A DNA stretch of 64,000 nucleotides from Gammaproteobacteria bacterium (GCA_019748175.1 JAIEPX010000012.1:1858-65857); one strand, 5' to 3'. Shown: positions 52,129 through 63,232, counted from the first letter of the stretch. The notes: generated by a model not told the origin, from the sequence alone. Numbers and translations are program-made.

Positions 52129-54690
52129 TTATTCACTCACTTTTTCGTTAATTCTGCAGACTGATGCAAGATGACAGTACAAGCAGGTTGTAGGATATTT
52201 TTTTGGATCAACAACTGCTTTACCCATAGCAAAATCATTGGCTAAAGCTGTTAAGTTAATTTCCCATTCATTTAAAAGCTTTTCCCAGGGAATAGGGGAG
52301 GCTTTGATATTCGGTAATTGTCCCGCTTCTGCTGTAATGCCATTAAATTTCACACTCTGGACACGAATTTGTGCAAACGCAAGTCCTCTGATTCGTTCAG
52401 AATCGTGAAGAGCATAAAGAGGCAATTGAGGTTCGTCCGGACGCTCACCAAACCAACTTTGTGGGGAAGGACTTCCTGTTTTGTAATCAATGATGATATG
52501 AGACCCATCTTTTAAAGTATCAATGCGGTCCACCTGTAGTCGCAAATTTAATTTTCCTATGGAAAAGCTAAAAGGTTCCTCAATCGCAGTTACGATGAAA
52601 TCTGATCGTGATTTTTCTAATGTTAACCATTGTTGCACCAGTTTAGTTAATCGGGTCATTTCTAAATCGCGTAGTGGTGTGCTTAATTCATTCACGATAT
52701 TCGATACAATTTTTTGTATCAAACCATTAAGATTTTCTTGGCTAATGTGTTGCAATTCTGTGCTATTACCTAATTCACGCCATATTTCTGCCATGACTTC
52801 ATGGACTAAACTTCCTCGTTCAGCAGGTGATAACCCTAGTTCAACTTCCTCAAAGGGCTGTGCCTTTAAGCGAATTTCTGCAAAGGCTCTAAAGGGACAT
52901 TCCGCTTGTCGTTGTAGAATGGTCGCACCCCCTCTTATTTTTTCTGAATCTTGTAAAGGTGGTGCGATATCATCCACCCAATTTTCTAAAAGTGCCTTCA
53001 CGGTAGGCAGTGTAGGGAGTTCGAGTTGAAGTTGAGTCAAAGAAGTTTCAGTAAAATTCAAAATCAGTGGACTAGGTGATAATTCACGTTGTTCCTCGGT
53101 CTTTTGAAGAGAATAACTGGCAATAAGATGAGAGGTTGAATGAGATAATCGCTGCATTATCCGTTGTGCATATTCCAGTTCATGTGTGCTGCTCGAACGA
53201 GGCACACCTACTTTACGTTGCAATTGTACAGGAAGAAATGGATTTGGTGATGATGGCCGTGGCCATGTATCATCATTCATGCTAGTAATCCACACCTTAT
53301 CAAAAAATAATCCACTGGCTTCTAATAACCCTAGCACTTGGATGGGTGCATGATGATCTGATTGGCCCTGAAAGAGTGTTTTAGATAATAAATCGCGCAG
53401 AACATCGATCGCTTGTTGGAAAGAATGGGTGTTCAAAATCCCATCCAATCCTGCATAATACTGTAGTTTTTGCTGAAAACTGTTCACACACTGATATTCA
53501 ATACTGCTTAAATTGCGTTCGCCTGGCCATCCAAAATGGGTAAGGGTATTTTTAATCACCTTTGCCCACTCACTAGGAAATCGATGCCTGGAATTATCGC
53601 GCAAATATTCAACATTAAATAAAGAAAATAATTTTGGACAACTAGTTGTTTTTTGTAGTAGTCCTACCAATTCTGTCAGCTTGAATCCTTCATGATGAAA
53701 ACTTCGTAATTCTCTATCTAAAATCGCACGCTGATCTCTTTCTTCAATGGCACCATGTAAATAGGGCGATAAAAGCAGAGGCGTTAGTTTTGACAATTGT
53801 AAAGATTGACCACTCACGAGCTCGAGCAATGTTATCAGTGTCTGTACCATTGAAAAGCTCAACAGTGAATCACCGCCGGATATATTAACGGCCTTATTAA
53901 AATCATGCTTAAACTCTTCGAAAAAAGCACGTTCCACATTGATTCTATCGGAAAGCAATTCAGGAACAATACATCCACACTGTAGTTGCGGATTTTCAAG
54001 CCAATTTTTTTTTGCCCACTGCGCTAACAAATGAAATTCTGTCTTACGATCATTCAAAACTATCTTCTTCGTAGTCGCTTGTGAGATGGGTTGCTGAGGA
54101 ATAATAATTTTTGTTGTAGAAGATAGTGCATCCAATAAAATTTGAACTGAAGGAGGCACAGTATCAAATCCAACCAAATAAAGTCGTTGAGGACATTGAT
54201 CGCGTAAAGAGGGTAGAGCATTTAATAGCAGCTCAGGTAACAGCGTTTCATCACACCAATTATTCTCTTCACAGCGTTTTTGAAATTCACGTGCCCACTG
54301 TAAAAAAACCTTCACTTCTTCATATTCACTACTTTCTAAGATGGCATAGGGGATTCTCCATTGATGAGTGTATTGCCAGGCTTCCTGTGCCAACTCAGCT
54401 GCTCGTTGGTAGTCCAATAAAGGAGCATCGTTAGTGAATTCTTTTAGAATACCTTGCCAAATCCATAGCCTTGTCACCGAATCCAGCAATAGCTGTGGCC
54501 TCCGTAAATGGGCCCAAAGATTACTTAACCAGTTTGATAGGGGTAGAATCGCGGGTGTCAACCAGGCCTTATTTTGTCCACAATGAGCCTGTTCGAACTG
54601 ATGCAGCAAATGGGTCGCTAGGCGTCGATTCGCTGTAATAACCAGGTCTTGAGGGGTTATCTCCATTAAAAAACGATGATCCAGTGTCAT
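52129..54690 (-). CDS. addB: AddB-type PD-(D/E)XK nuclease subunit
   Basis: CPF..RGSLVH, VDRID..IIDYKTG, QLPLY, CLYC..C Fe-S cysteines; adjacent to addA. Confidence 0.9.
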   Translation of the reverse strand: MTLDHRFLMEITPQDLVITANRRLATHLLHQFEQAHCGQNKAWLTPAILPLSNWLSNLWAHLRRPQLLLDSVTRLWIWQGILKEFTNDAPLLDYQRAAELAQEAWQYTHQWRIPYAILESSEYEEVKVFLQWAREFQKRCEENNWCDETLLPELLLNALPSLRDQCPQRLYLVGFDTVPPSVQILLDALSSTTKIIIPQQPISQATTKKIVLNDRKTEFHLLAQWAKKNWLENPQLQCGCIVPELLSDRINVERAFFEEFKHDFNKAVNISGGDSLLSFSMVQTLITLLELVSGQSLQLSKLTPLLLSPYLHGAIEERDQRAILDRELRSFHHEGFKLTELVGLLQKTTSCPKLFSLFNVEYLRDNSRHRFPSEWAKVIKNTLTHFGWPGERNLSSIEYQCVNSFQQKLQYYAGLDGILNTHSFQQAIDVLRDLLSKTLFQGQSDHHAPIQVLGLLEASGLFFDKVWITSMNDDTWPRPSSPNPFLPVQLQRKVGVPRSSSTHELEYAQRIMQRLSHSTSHLIASYSLQKTEEQRELSPSPLILNFTETSLTQLQLELPTLPTVKALLENWVDDIAPPLQDSEKIRGGATILQRQAECPFRAFAEIRLKAQPFEEVELGLSPAERGSLVHEVMAEIWRELGNSTELQHISQENLNGLIQKIVSNIVNELSTPLRDLEMTRLTKLVQQWLTLEKSRSDFIVTAIEEPFSFSIGKLNLRLQVDRIDTLKDGSHIIIDYKTGSPSPQSWFGERPDEPQLPLYALHDSERIRGLAFAQIRVQSVKFNGITAEAGQLPNIKASPIPWEKLLNEWEINLTALANDFAMGKAVVDPKKYPTTCLYCHLASVCRINEKVSE

Positions 54691-54832
54691 CCATTAAGTC
54701 CTAATAAAGTGAACGGTGGGCTGTTCTACAGTGCTTTAATTGTGTTACACTATAACCACACTCGTTATGAGTCAACAACGGTCTCCGTTGAGCAGAATGT
54801 AGTTTAAAGGAACAACACAGACAGAGTGATCA

Positions 54833-55579
54833 ATGAAAAAGTCGCTTATACAAAAAAAAACGCTACTTGAAGCTATTGGAGAGCTGAGTATTCCTGACGT
54901 TCAAAAACTACTCCTTGGACGTGAAAACCCCAACCAACCCACAACGCCCGACAGATCTGATCAGCCAAAAATCTTACTTCAGGCGGTTTTAGATACCTTT
55001 AAAACGTGCAAAGATAAAACCAATCAAAATAAATACAAAATTATCGCAGAGTTATTGTGGATTTTTAAAGGTACCACTGACCCTAAAGCCCCCTATACTG
55101 AAGCGGAGGCTTACCTTATTTCTCAAAGAGCTCAACTCCAACGCGATTATCCTGAGGTGTTTGATTTTAATGATCCCGTGTTATGTCTTTGCTACGCAAT
55201 CCATTCAGCACTCATCGATACTACTTTAGAGGGTTATCAGCAAGGATATAAATTGTTAGAGAATATACTTAATACTTTTTCAAAAAATCGTACAGCTGGT
55301 GTAAAATATTTCATTGACGAACTATCACGAACTCAAAAAAGTTTTTTTGGTAATGTTTATCCAACTTCTTTAGACTCTAATAATTTTCAATGTGCCGTTC
55401 TTAGGGCTATTTTGCGCGATACAAATCTACTGAAAGTTTTGAATATTAAAGCCATACCAGAAGACAGTTTTAACCAAGATTCTGGTTTAAGAACTAAACT
55501 ACGTGAAACATTAATTCGTAGCCTGAAAAATTATAACGCCCAAACCTCAGATATACTGGAATGTGAGTTTACTCTTTGA
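54833..55579 (+). CDS. Hypothetical protein
   Basis: 248-aa orphan ORF between addB and ppiB. Confidence 0.7.
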   Translation: MKKSLIQKKTLLEAIGELSIPDVQKLLLGRENPNQPTTPDRSDQPKILLQAVLDTFKTCKDKTNQNKYKIIAELLWIFKGTTDPKAPYTEAEAYLISQRAQLQRDYPEVFDFNDPVLCLCYAIHSALIDTTLEGYQQGYKLLENILNTFSKNRTAGVKYFIDELSRTQKSFFGNVYPTSLDSNNFQCAVLRAILRDTNLLKVLNIKAIPEDSFNQDSGLRTKLRETLIRSLKNYNAQTSDILECEFTL

Positions 55580-55580
55580 A

Positions 55581-55659
55581 ATCAGCAACACTGTATTGAG
55601 TAACCAAAATATCCAAAAATCCATAATCGAAAGATGCTGAGGCGCTGGGGATATTGACC
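55581..55659. repeat. Degenerate family 2 element, copy C
   Basis: ATTGAGTAACCAAAATATCCAAAAATCCATAATCGAAAGATGCTGAGG aligns with 22898-22944. Confidence 0.7.
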
Positions 55660-55711
55660 AATCGCAGCGATGGCGTTACCATGTAACATTAGGACTTGAA
55701 AAGGATACGAC

Positions 55712-56212
55712 ATGATTCTTATACACACCAATTATGGCGATATCGCCATCAAACTGGACACGGAAAACACACCTAAAACTGCTGAAAACTTCATAAACTA
55801 CGTCAAAAGTGGCTTTTATGATGGGACAATATTTCACCGTGTTATTAAAGGATTCATGATCCAAGGTGGTGGATTTGAGCAAGGAATGATTCATAAACCT
55901 ACCCAAGAGCCCATCCAAAACGAAGCGCCTAAATCAATGAAAAATAAAATTGGAACCATTGCGATGGCACGTACTTCGGATCCCCATTCCGCAAGTTCAC
56001 AATTTTTTATCAACGTTTCTGACAATCATTTCCTCGATTTTAAATCAACCCAGGAAGATGGTTGGGGATATTGTGTTTTTGGTGAAATAGTTAACGGGAT
56101 CGATGTCGTTAACAAAATCAGCCTGGTCCAAACAACTTCTCGTGCAGGACATGCTGATGTACCAAGCGAAGACGTGATTATACAATCAATTGAAATGCTC
56201 GACTCACAATAA
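55712..56212 (+). CDS. ppiB: Cyclophilin-type peptidyl-prolyl isomerase B
   Basis: [36 protein letters not shown]. Confidence 0.96.
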   Translation: MILIHTNYGDIAIKLDTENTPKTAENFINYVKSGFYDGTIFHRVIKGFMIQGGGFEQGMIHKPTQEPIQNEAPKSMKNKIGTIAMARTSDPHSASSQFFINVSDNHFLDFKSTQEDGWGYCVFGEIVNGIDVVNKISLVQTTSRAGHADVPSEDVIIQSIEMLDSQ

Positions 56213-56215
56213 TCC

Positions 56216-57343
56216 GTGAAAACAATGAATGCCCACTCGATCAGGTATGATCAACAAAACAATATTATCTATTGTCAAGGTGACTGGCGAGTTGGAAAAT
56301 TAAGCAATGTCGAAAACCAAATTAAGGCCATTTTGGAAATTATCAAATCTCCTGTCATCATCGATGGCGGAGAACTCACCTATTTGGATAGTGGTGGAGC
56401 TTGGTTAATTTACAGAACCATTAATCGTCTCAAAAAAACCAAAATCAGTTCTACGCTGGAAAATTTTAGTCAACAACAAACCAATTTATTTTCCTTAATT
56501 CAAGAAAAAATGGAATCACTCACACACTCAGAAAAACCTATTGAACAGTACAATTTTTTTTCATTAATTGGAAAAGAAACCGTAAAGCGTGTGATCGGAG
56601 CGCTAGAATTTTTATCTTTTGTGGGTGAAGTCAGTATTGTTATTCGCGGAATTTTTGGTCGAGCTAGACGGTTTCAAGGTAAAGCCATTCTTCGGATTAT
56701 TGAAGACGCTGGCTATCATGCACTGCCCATCATTGCTTTACTCTCATTTTTAGTTGGCATCGTGCTAGCCTACCAACTTGGGAGACAACTCGAAACTTAT
56801 GGTGCCAATATTTATATTGTCGATTTATCAGGCATGGCAATTTTACGTGAATTTGGACCTTTAATCACAGCTATTATTGTCGCAGGACGTACAGGATCAT
56901 CCTTTACTGCTCAAATTGGATTAATGAAAGTCAACGAAGAAATCGATGCATTAAAAACCTTAGGACTATCACCACTGAATCGAATAGTCGTTCCACGATT
57001 GATAGGGACCATTCTCTCAATTCCTCTTTTAACTATCTGGGCAAATTTTTTTGCTGTTTTTGGCAGTATGGTTATGGCAAGAAACATGCTCGGAATTACC
57101 CCGGCAGATTTTTTATCTCGCTTTGCAGATAGCATCGATGCAACGACATTATGGACTGGATTAGGTAAAACACCCGTATTTGGTATCGCAATTGCCTTGG
57201 TCGGCTGCTTTCAAGGTTTTAGAGTGAACTATACTGCTGAAAGTATTGGAGCCCATACTACTATGAGCGTGGTCCAAGCAATCTTTTTAATCATTGTAAT
57301 AGACGCAATTTTTTCCGTACTTTATAGCTGGGCAGGTCTTTGA
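56216..57343 (+). CDS. mlaE: STAS-fused MlaE-family ABC permease
   Basis: LDSGGAW STAS region, LREFGPLITAIIVAGRTGS, EEIDAL. Confidence 0.92.
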   Translation: MKTMNAHSIRYDQQNNIIYCQGDWRVGKLSNVENQIKAILEIIKSPVIIDGGELTYLDSGGAWLIYRTINRLKKTKISSTLENFSQQQTNLFSLIQEKMESLTHSEKPIEQYNFFSLIGKETVKRVIGALEFLSFVGEVSIVIRGIFGRARRFQGKAILRIIEDAGYHALPIIALLSFLVGIVLAYQLGRQLETYGANIYIVDLSGMAILREFGPLITAIIVAGRTGSSFTAQIGLMKVNEEIDALKTLGLSPLNRIVVPRLIGTILSIPLLTIWANFFAVFGSMVMARNMLGITPADFLSRFADSIDATTLWTGLGKTPVFGIAIALVGCFQGFRVNYTAESIGAHTTMSVVQAIFLIIVIDAIFSVLYSWAGL

Positions 57344-58113
57344 TGAAGAACGACGAAACAATCATTGAAGTTCGAGGACTCTGTAATTTTCTAGGCGGTA
57401 ATTGGGTACATAAAAATCTTGATCTAACAATTAAAAAGGGTGAACTCTATGCCATAGTGGGCGGTAGTGGAAGTGGTAAAACGACACTTTTACGCAGTTT
57501 GTTGATGTTGCAAAAACCAACAAGCGGAACAATTAAAATATTCGGGATTGATGTTGTAAATGCATCAGCAAAAGATGCTCAACATGTTCGACATCGTTGG
57601 GGAATGTTGTTTCAACATGGTGCTTTGTTTAGCTCATTGACTGTTTTGGAAAATGTATTATTTCCTTTGAAAGAATTTACAAAATTAAGTCCAGCATTAT
57701 TGACAGAAATCGCGATGATGAAAATTGCTCTCACCGGATTGCATGAAGATGCAGCGTATAAATTACCCGGTGAGCTGAGCGGCGGAATGTTGAAACGAGC
57801 AGCTTTATCACGCGCTCTTGCTCTAGACCCAGAATTACTTTTTTTAGACGAGCCAACATCTGGACTTGACCCTCAAGGTGCTGACGAATTTGATGAGCTA
57901 ATAAAAGCTTTGAAGGAAGCGCTTAATTTAACCATCGTCATGGTTAGTCACGACCTCGATTCGCTATGGGGAGTTTCGGACAAAGTAGCCTTTATAGGCG
58001 AGGGCAGAGTGCTGGCAGAGCAAACCATGGCGGAGCTCATCGAGAACCCTAATCCTATCATCAAAAGTTATTTCAAAGGGCCACGTGGGCAGGTAAGACA
58101 AAAGAGAGAATAG
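57340..58113 (+). CDS. mlaF: MlaF-family ABC ATPase
   Basis: GGSGSGKT, FQHGALF, LSGGM, LDEPTSGLDP. Confidence 0.93.
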   Translation: MMKNDETIIEVRGLCNFLGGNWVHKNLDLTIKKGELYAIVGGSGSGKTTLLRSLLMLQKPTSGTIKIFGIDVVNASAKDAQHVRHRWGMLFQHGALFSSLTVLENVLFPLKEFTKLSPALLTEIAMMKIALTGLHEDAAYKLPGELSGGMLKRAALSRALALDPELLFLDEPTSGLDPQGADEFDELIKALKEALNLTIVMVSHDLDSLWGVSDKVAFIGEGRVLAEQTMAELIENPNPIIKSYFKGPRGQVRQKRE

Positions 58114-58263
58114 GCGGTATTTTTCGCCGAAGGATAATCATTTGCATTCAAGGTTTAGAAGATCAACTCGCGATCAGATATATTAGCGGAGAGAAATGCT
58201 GCACTGCTCGATAACTAAGTAATAATCTGCTAAAATAACCCAGAGATACCCAAGGACTGGAGT

Positions 58264-59127
58264 ATGGATACCAAAGTTAATTACATCATTGTTGGTTTGT
58301 TTATGGCAATCCTAACGCTTGCCATTATCGGTGCAACGATTTGGCTTGCTGGTATTCATAGCACCCATCGTTATAATACTTACGTCACCTATATGGATGA
58401 AGCCGTCACTGGATTAAGTGAAAAAGCACCCATCAAGTTCAATGGAGTTGAAGTTGGTTTCGTCGATAAAATTAATTTAAACCCTCAAAATCCACAACAA
58501 GTGCGATTATTGTTAAAAATTCAAGAGCGCACACCTATTAATGAAGCGACTCGGTCTTCTTTACTCGTACAAGGTCTAACGGGCATTGCATTTGTAGGGC
58601 TGACAGCTGAAAAAACGCATGCGCCGATCTTAAAAATAAAACCTGGTGAAATGTATCCTGTAATTCAATCAAAACCATCATTATTATTTCGACTCGATCA
58701 AACAGTGCAATCAATGTCTGAAAATATCACATCCGTAGCAAAAAATTTAAATGACGTAATGAGTGATGAAAACAAATCATCCTTGAAAGGTAGCTTAAAA
58801 AATCTACAAGAAATCACTGCCACATTCGAAAAAAACTCACAAAACATCGACGATACTTTAAGATCATTGAATAAATTAATCGATAACAGTGCTAAAGCAA
58901 GTGATAAATTACCTGCATTAATGACTCAACTAGAAACCTCCTTAAAAGCAGGTAAACAAAGCATGCAAAGTTTATCACAACAAACTTTACCCGCTGCAGA
59001 CCAGATGATTCTAAAATTCAAACGGTCGCTTGATAACATCGAAGAGTTAACAGATGAATTGAGTAAAAATCCTTCAATGTTAATTCGAGGTAAAGCTCCA
59101 GTTGCAAAAGGCCCAGGAGAAAAATAG
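58264..59127 (+). CDS. mlaD: MCE/MlaD-family protein
   Basis: TM, VTGLS..PIKFNGVEVG, QGLTG, helical tail ending NPSMLIRG. Confidence 0.9.
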   Translation: MDTKVNYIIVGLFMAILTLAIIGATIWLAGIHSTHRYNTYVTYMDEAVTGLSEKAPIKFNGVEVGFVDKINLNPQNPQQVRLLLKIQERTPINEATRSSLLVQGLTGIAFVGLTAEKTHAPILKIKPGEMYPVIQSKPSLLFRLDQTVQSMSENITSVAKNLNDVMSDENKSSLKGSLKNLQEITATFEKNSQNIDDTLRSLNKLIDNSAKASDKLPALMTQLETSLKAGKQSMQSLSQQTLPAADQMILKFKRSLDNIEELTDELSKNPSMLIRGKAPVAKGPGEK

Positions 59128-59128
59128 T

Positions 59129-59737
59129 ATGAAAAAAATGTTGATACCATTAACATGTTCAATTTTTATTTGCAGTTGTAGTTTATTCTCTCCGCAAAAA
59201 ACACCCGAAATATCAACCTATACTCTTTCTGCCCATGATAGAGTTTATCATGCCACAACTCATAAAACTAAAAAGATCACATTAATAGTGAATACACCTA
59301 CAGCAGTCACTGGTTATGATTCACGCAAAATGATTTACTCAAAAAAACGCTATGAATTAACCCACTTTGCTTTAAACCAATGGGCAGCTCCTCCATCAGA
59401 AATGATGCATCCGATTTTGGTTCAAAAATTGCGCGATACTGGTCAATTTAATGCGGTTATGAGCAATGAATACAATTCTAATCCACAATATGTTTTAAGA
59501 CTTCACTTAATAGAACTACAACAAAATTTTGCTGTGCAACCGAGCCAAATTCAAATGAAAATTCAAGCTGAAATATTAACCTCAAATGATAATAAAGTGA
59601 TTAAAACTCAGACATTTAATACTTCTATTAGGGCTTCACAAAATACACCGTACGGTGGTGTTTTGGCCGCAAATAAAGCAGTGGATTTACTACTAAATCA
59701 AATCGCTGAGTTCACGGTTCGATCACTTAATCACTAG
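59129..59737 (+). CDS. PqiC-like ABC auxiliary lipoprotein
   Basis: Lipoprotein-like signal (ICSC), QWAAPPSEM; last gene of the MCE operon. Confidence 0.85.
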   Translation: MKKMLIPLTCSIFICSCSLFSPQKTPEISTYTLSAHDRVYHATTHKTKKITLIVNTPTAVTGYDSRKMIYSKKRYELTHFALNQWAAPPSEMMHPILVQKLRDTGQFNAVMSNEYNSNPQYVLRLHLIELQQNFAVQPSQIQMKIQAEILTSNDNKVIKTQTFNTSIRASQNTPYGGVLAANKAVDLLLNQIAEFTVRSLNH

Positions 59738-59766
59738 CTTAGAAAGACTGTTTTTTGACTGAAGAA

Positions 59767-59791
59767 AGTAGAGTAGAGTAGAGTAGAGTAG
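59767..59791. repeat. (AGTAG)5 microsatellite
   Basis: Five perfect 5-mers between convergent genes, next to a GC hairpin. Confidence 0.9.
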
Positions 59792-59834
59792 AGCGCGGAT
59801 GCTTATACACACCCGCGTTCAGCATTACGAGAAA

Positions 59835-60668
59835 TTAGCTATTGTTTGCAGTTGTAGGTGATTTTGAAGATTGAGCATTCGCTTTTTGGACATCGACTAG
59901 CTCAATAGTGAAAATAAGTGTCGCATTTGGTCCAATTTTGCCATGAGTTCCACGAGCACCATAAGCTAAATCAGCAGGCACATAAATTTCCCATTTTGAA
60001 CCTTTAGGCATTAATTTCAGGGCTTCTTTCCAAGCAGGAATTACACCATTTAAAGTAAACGCTGCAGGTTTATCACCTAATTCTTGACTCGTTGAGAAAA
60101 CTTCGCCATTAATTAAGCGCCCTGAGTAATTAACAAAAACTCTGTCTGTCTCACTAGGCGTAGGACCATTTCCTTTTGCTAGGACCTTATATTGAAGACC
60201 AGATTTTGTGATAGTAACACCGGGTTTTGATTTATTTTCTAATAGAAATTTATCACCTTCTTGTTTATTGGTATCGGCTAATTTTTTTAAATCTTCAAAT
60301 CGTTGCTGCATAGCTTGACGTTGAAAATTGATCAACTGACGCTGCATATCTTCTTTGCTAATTGTAGGCTGAGCTCCTGATAGACCTTGTTGAAAACCTT
60401 TGAGTAATTCACTTTGATTTAATTGCTTAAATTGTTCAATCAAATTTGAACCCATAGTGTATCCAATTGAAAAACTCACCTTATTGATATCAGCAGGTTG
60501 TGCATTTTGGTCAGCAGCATTATTAAGAGCATTACTTGGATTTGTAGGTTGTACTGCTTGAACAGTTGAATTAGTTTGAGCATTCTTTGAAGCTGGAATC
60601 GCAAATGCCGATGAAACGCCTATTACAGTGGCTGTAAACAGCGCAATAGATAAATAACGAACTTGCAT
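59835..60668 (-). CDS. mip: Mip/FkpA-type FKBP peptidyl-prolyl isomerase
   Basis: Signal peptide, KVSFSIG dimerisation helix, SGLQYKVL, VIPAWKEAL, LAYG, NATLIFTIEL. Confidence 0.9.
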   Translation of the reverse strand: MQVRYLSIALFTATVIGVSSAFAIPASKNAQTNSTVQAVQPTNPSNALNNAADQNAQPADINKVSFSIGYTMGSNLIEQFKQLNQSELLKGFQQGLSGAQPTISKEDMQRQLINFQRQAMQQRFEDLKKLADTNKQEGDKFLLENKSKPGVTITKSGLQYKVLAKGNGPTPSETDRVFVNYSGRLINGEVFSTSQELGDKPAAFTLNGVIPAWKEALKLMPKGSKWEIYVPADLAYGARGTHGKIGPNATLIFTIELVDVQKANAQSSKSPTTANNS

Positions 60669-61209
60669 AAGTATCTCCTTAATTTAATAGTAAACTTCGT
60701 AATTCGGATAGGGCATAAACAATCCAGTGCGTATACATGCTGATTGATTACGCAATATCTAAGCCAGGAGTTAAAGTATAGAGCAAATAGGCCATATTTA
60801 CACTGAGAAAAGTATGAAAATAGACCTATCACACTATTTCCTGTAAGGAAATTTACAGGAAATAGAGTTGTATATAAGTTGTTAAAATTGCTTTTTTTGA
60901 ATCATAAGAACCATTCAAAAATAATCTGATAAAATCAACTCTACTCTCTTTGTGATCTGAACATGCCGAGGCTTAACATCCCGAGCCGTTACTCATAACC
61001 ATTATTATGACGTTTACTTTTAAATCATATAGTAGGAAACGGCATATAATCATGATGGATAAAAATCGCTATTTAACATGGTGTTACAATATTATTCTAA
61101 TTTTATTAATTAAATATTTTTCTTGGCATTATCTATTGCTTTTTTACCTATTACTGATTATTATGTGCGAGTTGATATTTTTACAAACTTTTACAGGGAG
61201 AAAATAATT

Positions 61210-63213
61210 ATGCAAGGTAAACCACGAGAATTATCTGCTGAGGAAAAAGCATTACTTGCCAAATTCGATGCATCATCTTTCGGCAAACTACGCAAAGATT
61301 TTATCAGCGCTCTTGAAGATGCAGCAAGCAACTCATTCGGTTTAGAAAATGCGACTATAGTTTGTGGCAAAATAAAGCCATGGCTTCATAAAAATCCTGC
61401 TGCTACACCTGCTGAAATCTTTCGACAACTAACTAATTGGTTAACTGACGCTAAACTCGATGAAGGTTTTGGCAAGGGGACTCGCAATTTTATTAATAAA
61501 TTAGTTGATATCTTCACTACCCACACTAACTTAATAATCGATAGTATAACTAATAAAGAACTTGCTTCTCTTGATGCACCTGCCCCATCTGCTCAATCAG
61601 CTAAGGTTCAATCACAAGACCAATCACATCTTAAGCTGCTTGAAGACCTTAGAGCGGAAATCGCTATATTTAAAGGTAGCATTACGACCCTTGAACTTGA
61701 AAAAAGTAGTCTTAGTAGTAAAGTAGGCTCTCAATCGAGAGAAATTGATAACCTAAGTGGTGAAATAGCTCAACAAAAAACTGAATTGTCTCAATTAAGG
61801 AAAACTAATCAAGATGGTCTTATCACTTTAGAATCTAATAAATTTCAATTAGAGCAACTAAAGCAAGCAGTTAAGGCACTTGAAGAGCTCAGAGACAGGT
61901 TGACTAAAGAAGCTGATGCAGACAAAGTAAAGATTCGTGAGCAGGCTGAAACAATTGCTTCTTTAAACGTCTCTAACATACAACTGAAAGCCACTGATGG
62001 ATCTAAAGATGCTCTTATCGCTCAATTAAAAGAAGATTCCTTAGCTCAAAAAACTCGAATAGAAAAACTCGAAGCTGAATTGCAACAATTGAGACAAACC
62101 TCTTATCAAGCGACTTCGGAAAATGCAACTCTGAAAGCTAGGCTTGAAGCAGCTGAGGCAGCCAGAGATAAGTCAGCGGCTGAATTAGATACTATTCGAT
62201 CAGCAAAGGAAACTATCGCTGTTGAGAAGGGAAGAGTTGATGGTAAACTTGAAGCCACAGAAAAAACAAACCAAGATTTGATTGCTCGCGAAACTGTTAT
62301 CGTTGAAAAAATGATAGCCTTCCAAGCAGCGCATCAAGAAGCAGAATCTCATGTTCGGGAAGCTGGTCAAGTTATCCATAGACTAATGACAGCAGCCCCA
62401 GAAGCCCCCACCCATGAAGCTCGTATTCAACTCGTTGAAGAATCATTCAGTAATGTTTCCGTTTCAGGTAGAAAAGCTCTAGGACTTAATGAAAGTATTA
62501 GAGAGATCAAACAACATAAAGCTAAAGCTCCGAAAACCCAGGCACCAGGTCATTCAGCAGCTCAGGCAGCTGGTCAAGCAGGACATTTCAAAACTCCTGG
62601 AGCAAAGACTGCAGCAGTAGCTACTGCTCCCGCCACTGGAAATGGCCAAAAGATTACCAAAATTGCGGATGCGAAAACATCAGAAGAAGCTTTAGAATTT
62701 CTTAAACCTAAAATCGTAGGTAAAGATCGCATCTCTGAAGTTCGATTTGAAGCTATTTTAGCGATCAGTAAGTTCCTCACCAAATATCTTACTGATAAAG
62801 GAGTTATCAAACCTGACGCTAACAACGCTCTCTATAAATCCTTGGTTGATGCTACCAAATTGCTCGTGGCTCCTGATGCAAATACTATCGAATCAGTATA
62901 TAAAAAACTCAATGATGAGAAACCTGGGGACCTAACAGAGCCTTTATTAAATGAATATAATGAAGTGCTCACAACACTAGCTGTAACAGAACCTCAGGGA
63001 GAAAAGTTCCAAACTCCAATCATCTATTGGGCACTTGCCAATTTCTTTGTCAAGGTAGCTCAAATTAAAGATATGAGTACTCACTTTACTTCTATCTATA
63101 CTAAATTGAACCCCGCACCGGCCAATGGTATAAATACTTCCGTCTTGGATGCTACAAAAGATCTTGGAAATACTACCGTTACTTCTATGAATGGCGGTCC
63201 GGGTAGTCACTAA
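61210..63213 (+). CDS. Long coiled-coil hypothetical protein (effector-like)
   Basis: GGGAG RBS before MQGKPRE; central heptad-rich region; Ala/Pro linker; helical end domains. Confidence 0.82.
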   Translation: MQGKPRELSAEEKALLAKFDASSFGKLRKDFISALEDAASNSFGLENATIVCGKIKPWLHKNPAATPAEIFRQLTNWLTDAKLDEGFGKGTRNFINKLVDIFTTHTNLIIDSITNKELASLDAPAPSAQSAKVQSQDQSHLKLLEDLRAEIAIFKGSITTLELEKSSLSSKVGSQSREIDNLSGEIAQQKTELSQLRKTNQDGLITLESNKFQLEQLKQAVKALEELRDRLTKEADADKVKIREQAETIASLNVSNIQLKATDGSKDALIAQLKEDSLAQKTRIEKLEAELQQLRQTSYQATSENATLKARLEAAEAARDKSAAELDTIRSAKETIAVEKGRVDGKLEATEKTNQDLIARETVIVEKMIAFQAAHQEAESHVREAGQVIHRLMTAAPEAPTHEARIQLVEESFSNVSVSGRKALGLNESIREIKQHKAKAPKTQAPGHSAAQAAGQAGHFKTPGAKTAAVATAPATGNGQKITKIADAKTSEEALEFLKPKIVGKDRISEVRFEAILAISKFLTKYLTDKGVIKPDANNALYKSLVDATKLLVAPDANTIESVYKKLNDEKPGDLTEPLLNEYNEVLTTLAVTEPQGEKFQTPIIYWALANFFVKVAQIKDMSTHFTSIYTKLNPAPANGINTSVLDATKDLGNTTVTSMNGGPGSH

Positions 63214-63232
63214 GTTGTAAAGGATATTTGTT

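Noticed and set aside
52523-53029. 168-aa plus-strand ORF and other short antisense ORFs in the track
   Set aside because: Shadows of well-supported genes on the opposite strand
48715-54690. Helicase plus nuclease pair as a novel defence system
   Set aside because: Motifs and gene order match housekeeping AddAB, which is known in Coxiella-like bacteria
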